This document shows positions 37,411 to 50,380 of a DNA stretch of 64,000 nt, one piece after another. Position 1 is the first letter of the stretch; each line of letters opens with the position of its first letter. The notes beneath the pieces were generated by a model. That model saw only the letters and a list, made by a program, of their open reading frames with translations, did no database searches and had not been told where the DNA came from. Both the position numbers and the translations under genes were made by a program. Source of the stretch: Basidiobolus meristosporus CBS 931.73 (taxonomy: Eukaryota > Fungi > Basidiobolomycota); assembly GCA_002104905.1 (NCBI GenBank), contig MCFE01000372.1, forward strand, positions 21,120-85,119, in the 5' to 3' direction.

Positions 37411-37834
37411 GCTTATCAGCAATAAACGCAGATGCCGAATCGGCAGACCGCGTACCAACCTTACGTCCATCCTCGACTAGTGCATGGCGAATATGACACA
37501 AACACCTCGCGGTGTAACCAAGCATGTTTAGGTGGTTTTCAAAGTATTCATTAAATCAATACGAACCATCTTATAGTATAAAGTGGACATCTAAATACAC
37601 CCGCTAGAACTCAAGGCGGTACCACAGCCGGTGTAACATGCATGTATGCCATGGAACCATAACTAATTGGATTTAAGACTTCAACCTCAAAACTACAAAC
37701 ATCCCAGTACTTCTATATTACAGTGAGTACAGTGCAACCAGCCACCCCACACAAGGCCGAGATGAGATCCGTCATGCATGGCAAAATTCCCCATTTTCAA
37801 CGATATGAATGCGATGATTGCTGAATGCGTACCC

Positions 37835-39011
37835 TCAGGTCGCAATTGATAGCAGTTCTGACAGCTCGAGCAACTTCCGCTCCAGCTGCAGGACCGGTAT
37901 TTTCGGGCGGTGGCAGTATCTCCAGCGTTGGATTCTGGATGTGGTGATGCTAGGGGAATGGGCGACTCGGTTGAGTTGCTGGTGGACAGATGGCTTTGTG
38001 TGGACCAGCGCGATTTTCCCCTCGTCATCCTTGGGTAAGATGTCGATCACCGACCCGGTGACCCGCCTGACCTTGTTTCGCCAAACGCGGAACACTATGT
38101 GGCGCCATTCCCTCGAGAGGCTGCTGACCTTCTCAAGCTCTCTGGTATTTAGAAATTCGAATATGGTTTCCATGATCTCGGCGGGAAAGGCAGGGTTTGG
38201 GATGGAGGAGAGAGAGGACTGGGGCAGCGCGTGGTCATCAGAGCGGCTGAGGTCCATTTGCTCGATGCGTGTCTCCGAGTCGATGATGGCCTTCAAGGAT
38301 TTCACCTCAATCTCCAACCGGGTGGCGGCCAGGAAGGAGATCAACGAGTGGTATCCATAATAGCCAGGGGAAAGGCCGATCTTGATTGGGCTGAGTTGTA
38401 ATGTTTTGGGCTGTATGTGGAAGATTGCGGGATAGATATAGGTGTTGGATGTGGTCAGACCCAAGCTACGCGCTAAGGCCATTTCCTCGTCCGCCAAAAA
38501 CTCTACTCTCCCTTCATTCGTATCATTGCGGAGAGTGTAATACGACCTGGCCTCCAAGACATCATTTAAATTGCCGGGAAGTAGTATGAGAAACAGTGTA
38601 TCCCATCTTAGCAATATTCTGTTTAGCTTCACAAGACGCTATCAGACCAAGGTTTCCTAAGATTTGCTATCAAACTGCCTTACCTCCAGGTCTTCCTGTG
38701 AGATGGTCAAGGTGGTTCCGGTAAACGGATCTGTAAAGGTTTCATTGGAGTCCTCATTTTCCAGTCCGATAAACTTTAGAATCCTAAGGAGCTGGGGGCC
38801 GATAGGGCAGCGTAAAGACTAGGGAAACGTGCACGGTTCTTGTTTAGTGAGCTGTTGCAATTGAGGCACTCAGTCTGGTAATACGTACACTGACGGTAAT
38901 CAGAATGACGTGAACAAATTGCGTCAGACGTTCCAGGTCTAATACTTTCCCCTCAGCCGTCACTAGTTTCTTTGGGAGCATCTTATTCTGAGTCTCTGCT
39001 AATTGAAGCAT
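37835..39011 (-). CDS. Three-exon protein: N-terminal thioredoxin/AhpC-TSA-like domain + C-terminal F-box
   Basis: Spliced: ..FVHVILITVS-SLRCPIGPQLL..TLFLILLPG..VEFLADEEMALARSLGL..IYPAIFHI (redoxin-fold pattern), then PAFPAEIMETIFEFLNTRELEKVSSLSREWRHIV (F-box). The introns are GT-AG and in frame. Confidence 0.72.
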
Positions 39012-41874
39012 GTTCCAGACTAAAAGCTACTACGAGATAGACCGACAAAGTCCACGATATAGAATGGAAATTCTGGTTGGACTAGGAGTGAGGTCGAAGC
39101 CTTGGAGAAAGACTGTTGTCTAATAATTTCTAAAGGGTATAGGGGGAAGAGGCGGGATATTCTCTGGGCTCTATGGAATGGCGTTAAAAGGGTCAAGTAG
39201 GAGGTTCTATTTTTAAGTACCGATTAAGCCATTGGATCATGCTCCATTTATGTGACTATTGTTTGGCTCAACACTTACAGGGAATATTTAAGTTAGAAAT
39301 AGCCCGCTGGGCAAGGGTGTTTGGTCGGCTGCAGGTCGAATGCAATGCTAGGAGTGACTTTTTCAGCGGGAACCGCCGGGGAAAATCGTGCGTGTAGACA
39401 GGTGGACCTGACACAAGATGTGGCAATCCGCCCGAGGTTGGTGCGCTATAGCCATTCTGATCGTGTCGCCTTGATACAAGAAGCTAGGCACCATCAGGCT
39501 ATCGCACCAAGAATCTTCTCCTGAGCCAGTGATTGATTGATCATGTACACAAGGATATCAGGTCGACATTGGCTTGTATTGTTTGCACCTGTAGGTTTCG
39601 GAAAAATGCCAATTAATGATATAAATAGTAGTCGTATCATTCCCACAGAAACTCATGTAAATACATGGAGTTTACTCATGCATGGACGGCAAATAATGGA
39701 TATTGTTGTTTTTGCAGCTGTCCAATCCAGCTGACCCAGCCGATTCAGGCCCTTAGCTGGCATGTCTTCCCTTCATCATGTCCCTGATGCGGAATGTTGG
39801 TGCCTATTTTAAGCTGTATACAGTTATACATCTTCCAGCCCCATACCCACTCACCGGCCTCGTTAATCCATGCCTCAACTGACCCGTTCCGTGCAGCACA
39901 CTGATGAGCAGCTGCATTCAAGGGAAATTGGATTATATATTCGATTGCGATATTGTTGGTCCTCGATGCATCGCTTCTCAATGAAGCCCTATTCGCAGCA
40001 CAGGACATGGTCACCGGCCATTACTGTATTCCATTTGGCCACAGTAATGCCAATACAATAGCGCCGATCAGATCTATGGCAATTTAGGATTAATCCCCGT
40101 GCAAAGTGGATTTTGGGATCTTGACCCCTTCATTCTCGTTTCGCCAGCCACACGAACATACATGGCTTCTACGACGTCTCAATGAGCCATTGTTCCGCAG
40201 TCCCTGGGTAGCAGTTGCTGAGGATCGTCTTAAGGCTTGGAATGCATCAGATATGTGCTGCCGCTTGTGTGTCCCGTGATATCTATCACTTCCCAAGCCT
40301 ACCAGTAATGGGAATGGTAGCTTTGCAACACATCAAGATCGGGGTCTAACCAGCAATAGCATCAGAATGTTTCACCACTATATGCCTGATTGGCTTAGTA
40401 CCTTCAAGGGGACTTTGGAAAATTGGCTTCTGTGGTCCGTTATAAGACACAAATGAAAAAGGGACTTGTCAGATAAAAACACAAGAAAGTTCTAGATAAG
40501 CAATGGAGGATGGTACATAGATAGGTGGTGCATTTGCCACGCTCAGTGTTTCACATACTCAGCTTTGTTACAATAGTGGTGATCCAGGTACTGGACCATC
40601 TTTTATCATCTCACAATGCTGCATATACTGGAGTAATCCAATTGCTAAATTATGAAATGTTGGCTTAAAATATTCCCATCAAATTGACACTTCACCCCTA
40701 GTATAAGCTCTTTCTTCTTCACCAAGTTCTCTGTCTATATTTCAGTATAAGTCTAGTACTCAAAATATAGTTGCTTACTAAGTCTAAACTTCATGCCAAA
40801 TCTTGGGACTTCTTTAAGCATGTGTTTTATGTCTGTTTTCTCCAGACTTTGCCAAGGTACAAGCTCTACCTCTATGAAAATAATTGTGATGATCCCATCA
40901 AAAGGCTGCCACAAGATTTAAATCCCATGACTGAGAGGTATTAACACTGTTAGAACACTGTGAAAAATCATTAGAAAAAAATTGCACCGCAGATCTCCCA
41001 GAAACTTGGTCAAAAACTTTCATCATAACAATCCCTGGGTTACTTTTGATTGGCTCTCTACAATTTCTCTCACTTTCTGATCCCAGACACTCAATTGTCT
41101 CCTACTTTGTGAACACTGATTGGCTATTGTCTCTTTTTCACACTGCTTATTTTATGATACAACCAGTGCACTTACTTTTCATGCATACAAATTGGTTTAT
41201 TTCTGTTGAATCTCCAGTTATAGCTCAATTGTAGATTCTAATGACCTATACAAGTCCCTACAACCAACACTAACATTACACCCAACCTCACACTCAGCAA
41301 GTAACTCCATTAAAATCCACCATTCAATAAGTATCTCTGCTGCAACACCCTTGTTCCATGATTTTGGCAGGAACCCTACAGCTTTAGGCCATTGTTTTTT
41401 CACTGGGTCCCATACCTCTTAGCCTTCAGCTAGCACTGCAAGGTCTAGCTCCTCACTGCCTAGTTGTTGCAATAAGTCCTTGTAATATTCAAGGGCAGTA
41501 TCATATGCACTACTCTTCAAGAAGTGCTGGAACCTCTTGCTGTGCCTGTTATTGTCTCAAGATTCCACTGTAGGTATTGTGAGAGTCCTCTGATCACTTG
41601 ACATTGTTGCATTGCTGGTCAGTGGGAACTCCGTTCTGTTTACATGGGATAATGTAGAGCTGTAGTAGACAAAGTGTCTCTCTCTGCAAACTCATCTACT
41701 GTATCGGAGTATAGCTCAGCCAGCTGGGATTCCAACTCTTGTAAAAACAACTATTGTCTTATAGGTAATTCTTCTTGGCTAGTATAGGCTTCAAGCTGCT
41801 CTAAGTCAATGGTGTCAATTGGCAGGAACTGCAGCTTTTTCTCCTGCTCTTCTGTCTCTGGCTTGGGATAGTTT

Positions 41875-42223
41875 TGTTGTAAAAATTTGTATTTCCACCT
41901 AAATATTCCTCTTACTTAGTCACTTAGATCATTACCTTCATATCCTGGAGAATACTAACCAAATTCCTTGTTGGGATTTACTTAGAATATTTTCACCAAA
42001 ATACCAGGTACCCAGAACATCAAAATTCTCAAAGTTGTCCAAGCAGCCCCAAACTTTGCACACATGTTCTTGGGACCTTTCTTAACCTATTCTACATGTT
42101 TGTAATGCCAAGACCAGGTGAAAGTATAAATACTACTTTTACATTCAATAAATCATTAGGTGAAAACCACATAATCTACTTGTCCTCCTAATCACTTCCA
42201 GTATTTCCAAGTCTCTTACAATA
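41875..42223 (+). repeat. Copia 5' LTR
   Basis: About 15 substitutions versus 46209-46557; contains TATAAATA and AATAAA. Confidence 0.95.
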
Positions 42224-42227
42224 GAAT

Positions 42228-45200
42228 ATGTGCCTCAAGCTGTCACTCTCTGCAATGTCTACTACTGCTATTACTGGAATTTTTCTCTCTGCTGAAAAGT
42301 TGGATGGATCTAACTACCAAGTGTGGAAGGTGAAGATGAAGATGCTGATACAAGAAAGAGGTCTTTGGGATATTGTCATGGGAGAAGAATGCCCTCCTAA
42401 AAATGTGGGAGAGGAAGCCTTGAAGTGCCAGAAGAAAGAACAAAGTGCCTTTAACTGCATTTGCCTTAATGTCAAAGACAAATTGTTAATTCAATGCTCA
42501 AGAGCAAAAACAGCAAAGAATGCCTGGAAGGCATTAGAAGACACCTACCAGTCATGTTCAGCTGCTAAGAAAATGTATCTGAGATGAAAATTCTTTACTA
42601 CAAAGATGCTACCAGGAGAAGAAATGAAAAATCTAATTAACAGAATTACCTTGATGGTAGATGAGATGGAATCTGTGGGTGTACTGACTACTGGTGAGGA
42701 TGTGATAGTTACCGTCCTGAATAGCCTGACAGACAAGTTTCAGGGCCTTGTATCAGCCCTAGAGTCCAGAACTGAAGATTTGGCCTTAAATTACGTATAT
42801 GGAAGGCTCCTGGATGAAGAATTAAGAAAATCAAGCACCAATAAGAAGGAAGAAGAAAATGCTTTAATAAGCAATGATAGCCAACAAAGGAGGTACCCAA
42901 GACCCTACAAAGGCAACACTAACCTGTTTTGCAACTACTGCAAAAGGAAAGGACACACATCAGACTAGTGTCTCAAAAAGAGAGATTATCAGCAAAAGAA
43001 GCCTGAATATGGAAATGCTGCAACAACTGAAGATAGGCTATTCATATCTGCACTAAATATGACCACAAACAAGGATTCTCAGATGTGGTATATTGACTCC
43101 GGAGCTTCTCAACACTTTACACGCCAAAAAGAACTTTTTATCCAATATCAAGAAATTCCAATTAAGAAGGTTTTCATGGGTGACAATAGAACACTTGATA
43201 CAGTGGGAGAAGGAACTATCCAAGTAAACCTTAGAAGCAGTGAAGGAAGCCATACACTGACTTTTAAAGAAGTACTCTATGTACCAGAAATAGCCAAGAA
43301 CTTACTCTCTGTAAGCAAGGCCACAGCAGAGGGACTCAGTTTCAGTTTTGACATTTCTGGATGCAGGATCACTGATCAAAATGGTGCCCATATTGCTCTG
43401 GGTATCAGAGATCAGAATCTATAGAAGTTGACTTATATTCCATCATATCTGGAAGCCAATATATGTAACTTAAATGAAGAAACACCAATGCTTTGGCACA
43501 GGAGATTTGGACACACCAATTTTGATTATTTGAGTAAAATGATCAAAGATCAGCTAATTTCTGGGGTGAAAATTGATTCCCCAGCTAATTTGGAGCACTG
43601 TGAAGCCTGCATATATGGGAAACAAGCCAGACAGTTGTTCAAGAGCTCTTGGTTAATCAAAACTAAGAAAAAATTAGATGTAATTCACTCAGATCTGTGT
43701 GGACCTATGCAAAATTTATCCTTAGGCAGGATGAAGTGTTTAATTATTTTATTGATGATTATACAAGATACACATGGGTCTACTTCATGGAGAGAAAGGA
43801 AGAAGCTCTGGTTAAGTTCAGGGAGTTTAAAGCCATGGTGGAGAGAGAAACTGGTGAAAAAATCAAGAAAATACGCTCTGACAATGGTGAAGAATATACC
43901 TCAAAACTCTTCTTCCACTTCTGCATAATTCATGGGATAAAGCAAGAGACTACTGTGCCATACTCCCCACAGCAAAATGGAGTAGCAGAACATGCTAACA
44001 GATCAATAATTGATATGGCAAGATCTATGATCCATGATCAGAAATTATCCTATGATTTTTGGGCGGAATCAGTTACCACTGCTGTTTATCTTAAAAATAG
44101 GAGTTATAACAGAATACTTTGTGATTCTACTCCATTTGAAGCATGGTATGGATACAGACCAAGTGCAGAACATCTAAGAATATTTGGGTGTACAGCACAT
44201 GCCAAAAAACTGGCCGGAAATCAGTCAAAATATGAGCCAAAAAGTGTAAAATGCATATTTTTGGGCTACTGCAATGAGACTGAGGCATACAGACTCTACA
44301 ATACCAAAGCAAGAAGCTGATCAAGTCCAGGGATGTGTTGTTTGATGAAAATTCAAAGTTTTCACAAAAAATGACATCAGATGATGACAAAAATTTGATC
44401 TCAAGTCCACCAATTGTCAGGATTGAATCAGAGCAAAACAATGAATATTTTTTCACTCCAGAAGACTCTACAACTGTGGTTCAGCCAGAATCTGTGCCCA
44501 GGAGTATCCCAGAAGTGATCATGCCAGTATCAAATGCTTGGAGATCCAATCAGACAAGAAATAGCCCAAATTACTACATCAATGAGGGTACAAACTTAGC
44601 CTATGCCTATTCAGTCCATATTGATGAGCCCCAGACTGTAAAAGAAGCCCTAAATAGCCCTCAGACAGCATTTTGGAGATCTGCAATGACTGAGGAATAT
44701 CAGGCCCTGATGGAAAATCAAACTTAGGACTTAGTCAAATTACCAATCAACCAAAAATCAATTGGATGCAGATGGGTCTTCAAGACAAAATACAAGGCTG
44801 ATGGTACAAATGAAAGATACAAAGCAGGACTTGTAGCCAAAGGATACTCTCAAACAAAAGGACTTGACTATAATGAGACCTTTGCACCAGTAGCCAAGTT
44901 TAATTCCATCAGATTAATATTGGCTATTGCAGCCAAATATAAGTTTTTTATTCATCAAATGGATGTAAAAACTTCATTTTTAAATGGAGAACTTGATGAG
45001 GATCTGTATATGGACCAGCCTGATGGGTTTGTTGACCAAGATAACCCTCATTTGGTCTGCAAGCTTAAAAAGTCACTATATGGTCTCAAACAATCACCAA
45101 GAGCCTGGAATTGCAAGATAGATTCTTATTTGGAATCTTTGAGTTTCAAAAGGAGTAATGCAGACTATAGTATATACTATAAACCCAATAGAGCAAATCC

Positions 45201-46197
45201 AGCTCTACTAGCTCTATATGTGGATGATCTTATTATAGCCACCAATAACCTAGAAACATTGGAAGAGACAAAATACAGCCTATCTAAGGAGTTGAAGATG
45301 TCCAATCTATGAGAACCTAGTTACTACTTAGGGATTAAGTTCTCCATAGACAGAAGTACCCAGACTATTACCCTAAGCCAATCCAAGTATATTCAAGATA
45401 TACTAAAGAAGTACAAAATGGAAGACTGTAAACCAGCAGCTGCCCCAATGGAGACAAACTTTAACTTCATCAAAACTCAACCAAATCAAGAGAGCTTGGT
45501 GCCATCTGAAAGCCCTGACTTTCCTTATCAATCTACAATTGATAGTCTGATTTATATCATGCTTGGAACACGTCCAGATATTTCATATTCAGTGGGAGTT
45601 GTCAGCCAACATAATCAGAACTATGGATCTGATTGTATTGCAGCAGTTAAGTAGATTTTTAGATACCTAAAAGGAACTGCCAATATCTGCTTAAGATACA
45701 CTTACAAGGATTCAGAACAGGATCTTGTGGGATACTCTGATGCTGATTGGGGACAAAATTTGGAAGACAGATGATCCACCACACAGTACACCTTTCTTTA
45801 CTGTAAAGGAGCAATTTCATGGAATTCAAGAAAGCAACCAACCGTAGCACTTTCTACCACAGAGGCAGAGTACATGGCAGCCTGTGAAGCTACAAAAGAA
45901 GCAATGTGGTTAAGAATGCTTTTTACAGATTTAGGCCTATGTCAAAAAATGTCTATTACATTATTTTAAGATAATCAAGGATGTATACAATTAGGTAGAA
46001 ATCCAACTTTTCATGCTAGAACCAAGTACATAGATATTAGACATCATTTCATATGTAAAGCTATAGAAAATGACTTAGTTAGCTTAGCTTACTGTCCTAC
46101 AGATGAAATAATTGCAGATATATTTACCAAACCACTAGCTAGAGACAAGTTTGAATATCTTAGGTCAAAATTAGGATTAGTCAGTATGAACATTTAG
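42228..46197 (+). pseudogene. Copia gag-pol pseudogene
   Basis: KLDGSNYQVW (gag N-terminus), CNYCKRKGH (Zn knuckle), WYIDSGASQH (protease), LWHRRFGH, HSDLCGPM, PQQNGVAE (integrase), QMDVKTSFLNG, LYVDDL (RT), ALSTTEAEY (RNase H). Broken by many stops and frameshifts. Confidence 0.95.
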
Positions 46198-46208
46198 CTG
46201 AGTGGGAG

Positions 46209-46557
46209 TGTTGCAAAGATTTGTATTTCCACCTAAATATTCACCTAACTTAGTCACTTAGATCATTACCTTCATATCCTGGAGAATACTGACCAAATTC
46301 CTTGTTGGGATTTACTTAGAATATTTTCACCAAAATACCAGGTACCCAGAACATCAAAATTCTCAAAGTTGTCCAAGCAGCCCCAAACTTTGCACACATG
46401 TTCTTGGGACCTTTCTTAACCTATTCTACATGTTTGTAATGCCAAGACCAGGTGAAAGTATAAATACTACTTTTACATTCAATAAATCATTAAGTGAAAA
46501 CCACAAAGTCTACTTGTTCTCCCAATCACTTCCAATATCTCCAAGACTCTTACAACA
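46209..46557 (+). repeat. Copia 3' LTR
   Basis: TGTTGCAAAG..CTTACAACA, a direct repeat of 41875-42223. Confidence 0.95.
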
Positions 46558-47411
46558 AGTATCTCTTCCTTTACCTTTACCTTTACCACTATTACTGACA
46601 GGTCTTTACAGCTATTCTGACTGAGTGCTTCTTGTACTATACTACACTTTTTGCTTGATAAATACTGCACTGGTGCATTGGTCTCTACATGTGTTTCTCT
46701 TACTAATACTCCTCAGGCTACCTTATGTTTCATGCCAGTTGTTTGAAGCTCTCAGCCCTGCTTGTGATTGGCTCTTGAGGGCACTGCTAGTTTTTAGCTG
46801 TGGAAGCCTTGCTCTTAAGCTTTGGATAGTCTTTACCACTCTTAAGATACTTTTATAGCATAACAATTCTGTCCCAAGGTTCATTTGCTTGTTTGGGTCC
46901 AGAATAATGCTCATGGCTAAGGTCAAGCACCTTCTATTTGGCCTTGAACTCCTGATGGTCCCATGGCATGCCAGCCTTTGAGTGATGGTGAGCTAGACTT
47001 CTTACAACCTCTTGAATATTGGCCCATACTTCATCATTGCACTCAATAGCTTTACAGATCTTCAATGTCTTTAGATTTTGAGGCTTTGGTAATATATCAT
47101 AGTCACTCCCTCCCATGCTTTAATATGTTTTTCTGTGAACTTTACCTTTGGACACAGTTGTTGTGCACCAAAGACTGTGCAGTGTTCCTCTGCTGTTACA
47201 TTTGGAAATGTCACAATTTGCGGTTGTGATATTCAGCCATTTTGGGTCTATCTTTGCAGCAAGAATACTGTATTTTCTACCTAGATATTGTTTGCTACAC
47301 ACATAATACACTAAGTCCATCATGGATGTTGTGATTTAGCATATGAAGGACAGCCAGGGGGAGTTGGAAAATACTGAGCACAGATGTGAACATAGAGACA
47401 CCAATACCATA

Positions 47412-48057
47412 CCTTATGAAAAATTATTGTGATGATCCCATCAAAAGGCCATCACAAATTCTAAGTCCTGTAACTAAGTGCTATTGATCCCATTAGGACA
47501 CTGTGCAAAGATTGTCAAAAAATAATTGCACCACAGACTTCACAAAAAACTTGGTCAAAACTTTTCATCACAACAATATACAAGTGGCTTTTGATTTGTT
47601 CTCTGCCAGTTTTCTCACTTTCTGATCTTGGGCAATCTATCACCTCCTACATATGTGTGCATTGATTGGCTATTGCCTCTTTTTCACACTCCTTACTTTG
47701 TGACTCAACCATTTCTCTTACTTTTCATGCATACAAACTGAATTATTTCCATTAAAACTTCAATTGTACCTCATTTGCCAATTATATTGACCTATACAAG
47801 TCCCTATACCCTACACTGACATTAAGCCCAACCTCACACTCAACAAGTAACTCCATTAAAATCCTCCACTCAACAAGTATTTCTGCTGTAACACTCTGTT
47901 TCAATGACTTTGGCAGGAACCCAGCAGCTTTATGCCACTGTTCATTCACTGGTTCTTGCATGTCCTGGTCTTCAGCTGGCACTGCAAGGTCTAGCACCTC
48001 ATCTGCCAGTCTTTGCAATAAGTCATTGCAATATTCCAGTGGATTCTCTTGAGCACT
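47412..48057. mobile_element. CMC/CACTA-type element copy 2 (left end and ORF2 3' end only; interrupted by copy 3)
   Basis: Starts CCTTATGAAAAATTATTGTGATGATCCCATCAAAAGG and is collinear with copies 1 and 3 until it is cut at GAGCACT|CCCTA. Confidence 0.78.
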
Positions 48058-48385
48058 CCCTATGAGAAATTATTGAGATGATCCCATCAAAAGGCCATCA
48101 CAAAGTTAAAGTCCCATGACTAAGAGGTACTGATCCTGTCAGGACACTGTCTAGAGACTGTTGAAAATAAATGCCCCCAGATTTTGCAAAAAACTTGGTC
48201 AAAATTTTTCATCACAACAATGTATAAGTGGCTTTTGATTGGTTCCCTGCCAATTTGCTCACTTTCTGATCCTGGACACTTTATTGCCTTCTACATTTGT
48301 GCATATTGATTGGCTATTGCCTCTTTTTCACACTCCTTACTTCCTGACTCCACTGTTTCCCTTACTTTCATGAGTACAAATTGAA

Positions 48386-50380
48386 TTATTTCCTTTGAAA
48401 CTTCAGTTGTACCTCAATTGCCAATTGTACTGACCTAAACAAGTCCCTATACCCTTTATTAACATTAAGCCCAACCTCACACGCAACAAGTAACAACATC
48501 AAAATTCACCACTCAATAAGTATTTCTTCTGTAACACTCTGGCTCCACAACTTTGGCAGGAACCCAATGGCTTTATGCCACTGTTCATTCACTGGTGCCC
48601 ACGCATCCTGGTCTTCAGCAGGCACTGCAAGGTCTAGCTCTTCATCTACCAGTCTTTTCAATAAATCCTTGCAATATTCCAGTGCATTTCCTTGAGCATT
48701 GCTCTTGAAGAAGTGCTGCAACCTCTTGGTGTGCCTGTTAATATTCCAAAATATCACTGAAGGCATTGTGATAGTCTTTCAAGCTCTTGATGTTGTAGCC
48801 TTGTCTGTCAGTGGGATCTCCACTTGGTCAACAATGCAGGTTGTGGAGGCTGTGGTAGACAAATTGCCTTTTTCAGCAAACTCTTCTACCTTGCTAGAGT
48901 GTAGCTTGACTGGCTGCACTTCCAACTCTTGTGAAAACAGCTGTTTTCTTGTTGGTAATTTTTCTTGGCTATGATGGGATTTAGTCTGTTCCTGGCTTGC
49001 AGCATTAATTGGCAAGAACTGCAGTTTTTCTTGCATGCCTCCCTGTCTCAAGCTTGGGTTGACATCTTTCCCTTTACCTTTTCCTTTATCACTGCCAGGT
49101 CTTTCACTGCTACTTTGTCTGAGTGCTGACACTCTTCTAGCAACTTGACATTTTTTTAACACTTGTTTTGAGCTCTCAAATGTAGTTGTGGTGGGCTCCT
49201 GTAAAAGCAGCTGGTTTATATCACTGCCAGGTCCTTCACTGCTACTTTGACTGGGTGCTTCTTGAGCAGTACTACGCTTTTTCCTTGATAAATGTTGTGC
49301 TGGTGCATCTATGTCTGCCTGCCTGTCCCTAATTGGCACTCTTCCAGCTACCTGAAATCTCTTTGATGCTTGTCTGGAGCTTTTGGCCCTGCTTTTAACA
49401 GGCTCTTCAGGAAGCCGCTGGTTTTTAGCCATGGCACCCTTGTTCTTCACCCTTTCATAGCTTCTGCTATTCCTAAGATACTTTCCTAGCATACCAATGC
49501 TGGCCCAAAATCCATTTGCCCATTTGAGCTCAGCATAATGCCCATAGAACAAGTCAAGGGCATTCTGCTTGGCCTTGAGTTCCAGATGGTTACACGGTAT
49601 GCCAGCCTTAAAGTGACAGCATGCTAGACTTCTGATGGCCTCTTGAATATTAGCCCACTCTTCATTATTGCACTCAACAGCTTCACGGATCTTCAGTGTC
49701 TTTTGACTTTTAGGTTTTGGTAAAAACACCACATTGTCTCCCTCCCATGCTGTGATAGGTTTTTCTGTGGGCTTTATCTTTGGGCACTGCTGTTGTGCTT
49801 CAAAGACTGTACAGTATTCCTCTGCTGTTGCATTGGGAAATGACTCAATTCTAGGCTGTGACATTGAGCTACTTGAGTTTCTTTTTTGCAGCAAAGATAC
49901 TGCTTTCTCTACCTGGGATATTGATTGCTCTGCACCTTTTGTCCACTCATCCTGCTTCTGGACTATTCCCCAATTTCTCTGGGCCATTGCATTTATCCTA
50001 TCATCCACTGCACCTAATTGCTTCATTAATGCTTTGGTACAATCTGACAACATACTTGCTAATATGGGTGGTGGAGATGTTATCATGGCCACTTGCTGGT
50101 CTTTGACTGAGGGTACTGCATGTGCTACATTCTCATCTGCCTGAGCACAACAGTCAGCTTATGGCTCTGCCAAGGTTCTCAATTGCCTACTTGACTGAGA
50201 ACCTGAGGAGTCTGCATTATGACCTTCAATGGGCACACTGTCAACATGCCCTTTTTTGGATGTATCCCTACTTGTTGCACTGAGTGTCAAAGCAAGCTGT
50301 TGTCCAGCCGTTCTTCTGTTGCCATCAGCAGTGGGGTTTGGTTGAGAACCAGATGGCTTGGCTTTTTTTTTTGGTGGCAT
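48386..50380 (-). pseudogene. ORF2 of the CMC element (664 codons, 3 in-frame stops), unknown family
   Basis: ORF-track pieces 50159-50380, 48779-50092 and 48506-48766 share one frame, separated only by single stops (TAA, TGA, TGA). The frame ends at TAA 48386-48388 and starts MPPKKKAKP. Confidence 0.78.

Larger units (their letters stand above)
41875..46557 (+). mobile_element. Ty1/Copia LTR retrotransposon, full length but inactivated
   Basis: Two 349-bp LTRs (TG..TA / TG..CA), TSD AGTTT (41870-41874) / AGTAT (46558-46562), PPT GAGTGGGAG before the 3' LTR, and domain order gag-PR-IN-RT-RH. Confidence 0.96.
40870..47411. mobile_element. CMC/CACTA-type element copy 1, internally deleted, interrupted by Copia and by copy 2
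   Basis: Begins CTCTATGAAAATAATTGTGATGATCCCATCAAAAGG, homologous to the termini at 47412 and 48058. It carries decayed ORF2 (41200-41870, 46563-47295) fused directly to a transposase 3' fragment (47300-47411, homologous to 52725-52779 + 53516-53545). Confidence 0.75.

Noticed and set aside
38790-38815. Selenocysteine (UGA) at the redoxin CxxC position, since some early-diverging fungi have AhpC-like selenoproteins
   Set aside because: The codons are TGC CCT ATC GGC; there is no in-frame TGA.
39745-40014. Ankyrin-like word (AHQCAARNGSVE) in an 89-aa ORF
   Set aside because: A single weak match with no further repeats.
42224-42240. Copia PBS of the internal tRNA-iMet type (GGTTATGGGCCCAG)
   Set aside because: GAATATGTGCCTCA matches only about 8 of 14 positions; plausible but too decayed to call.
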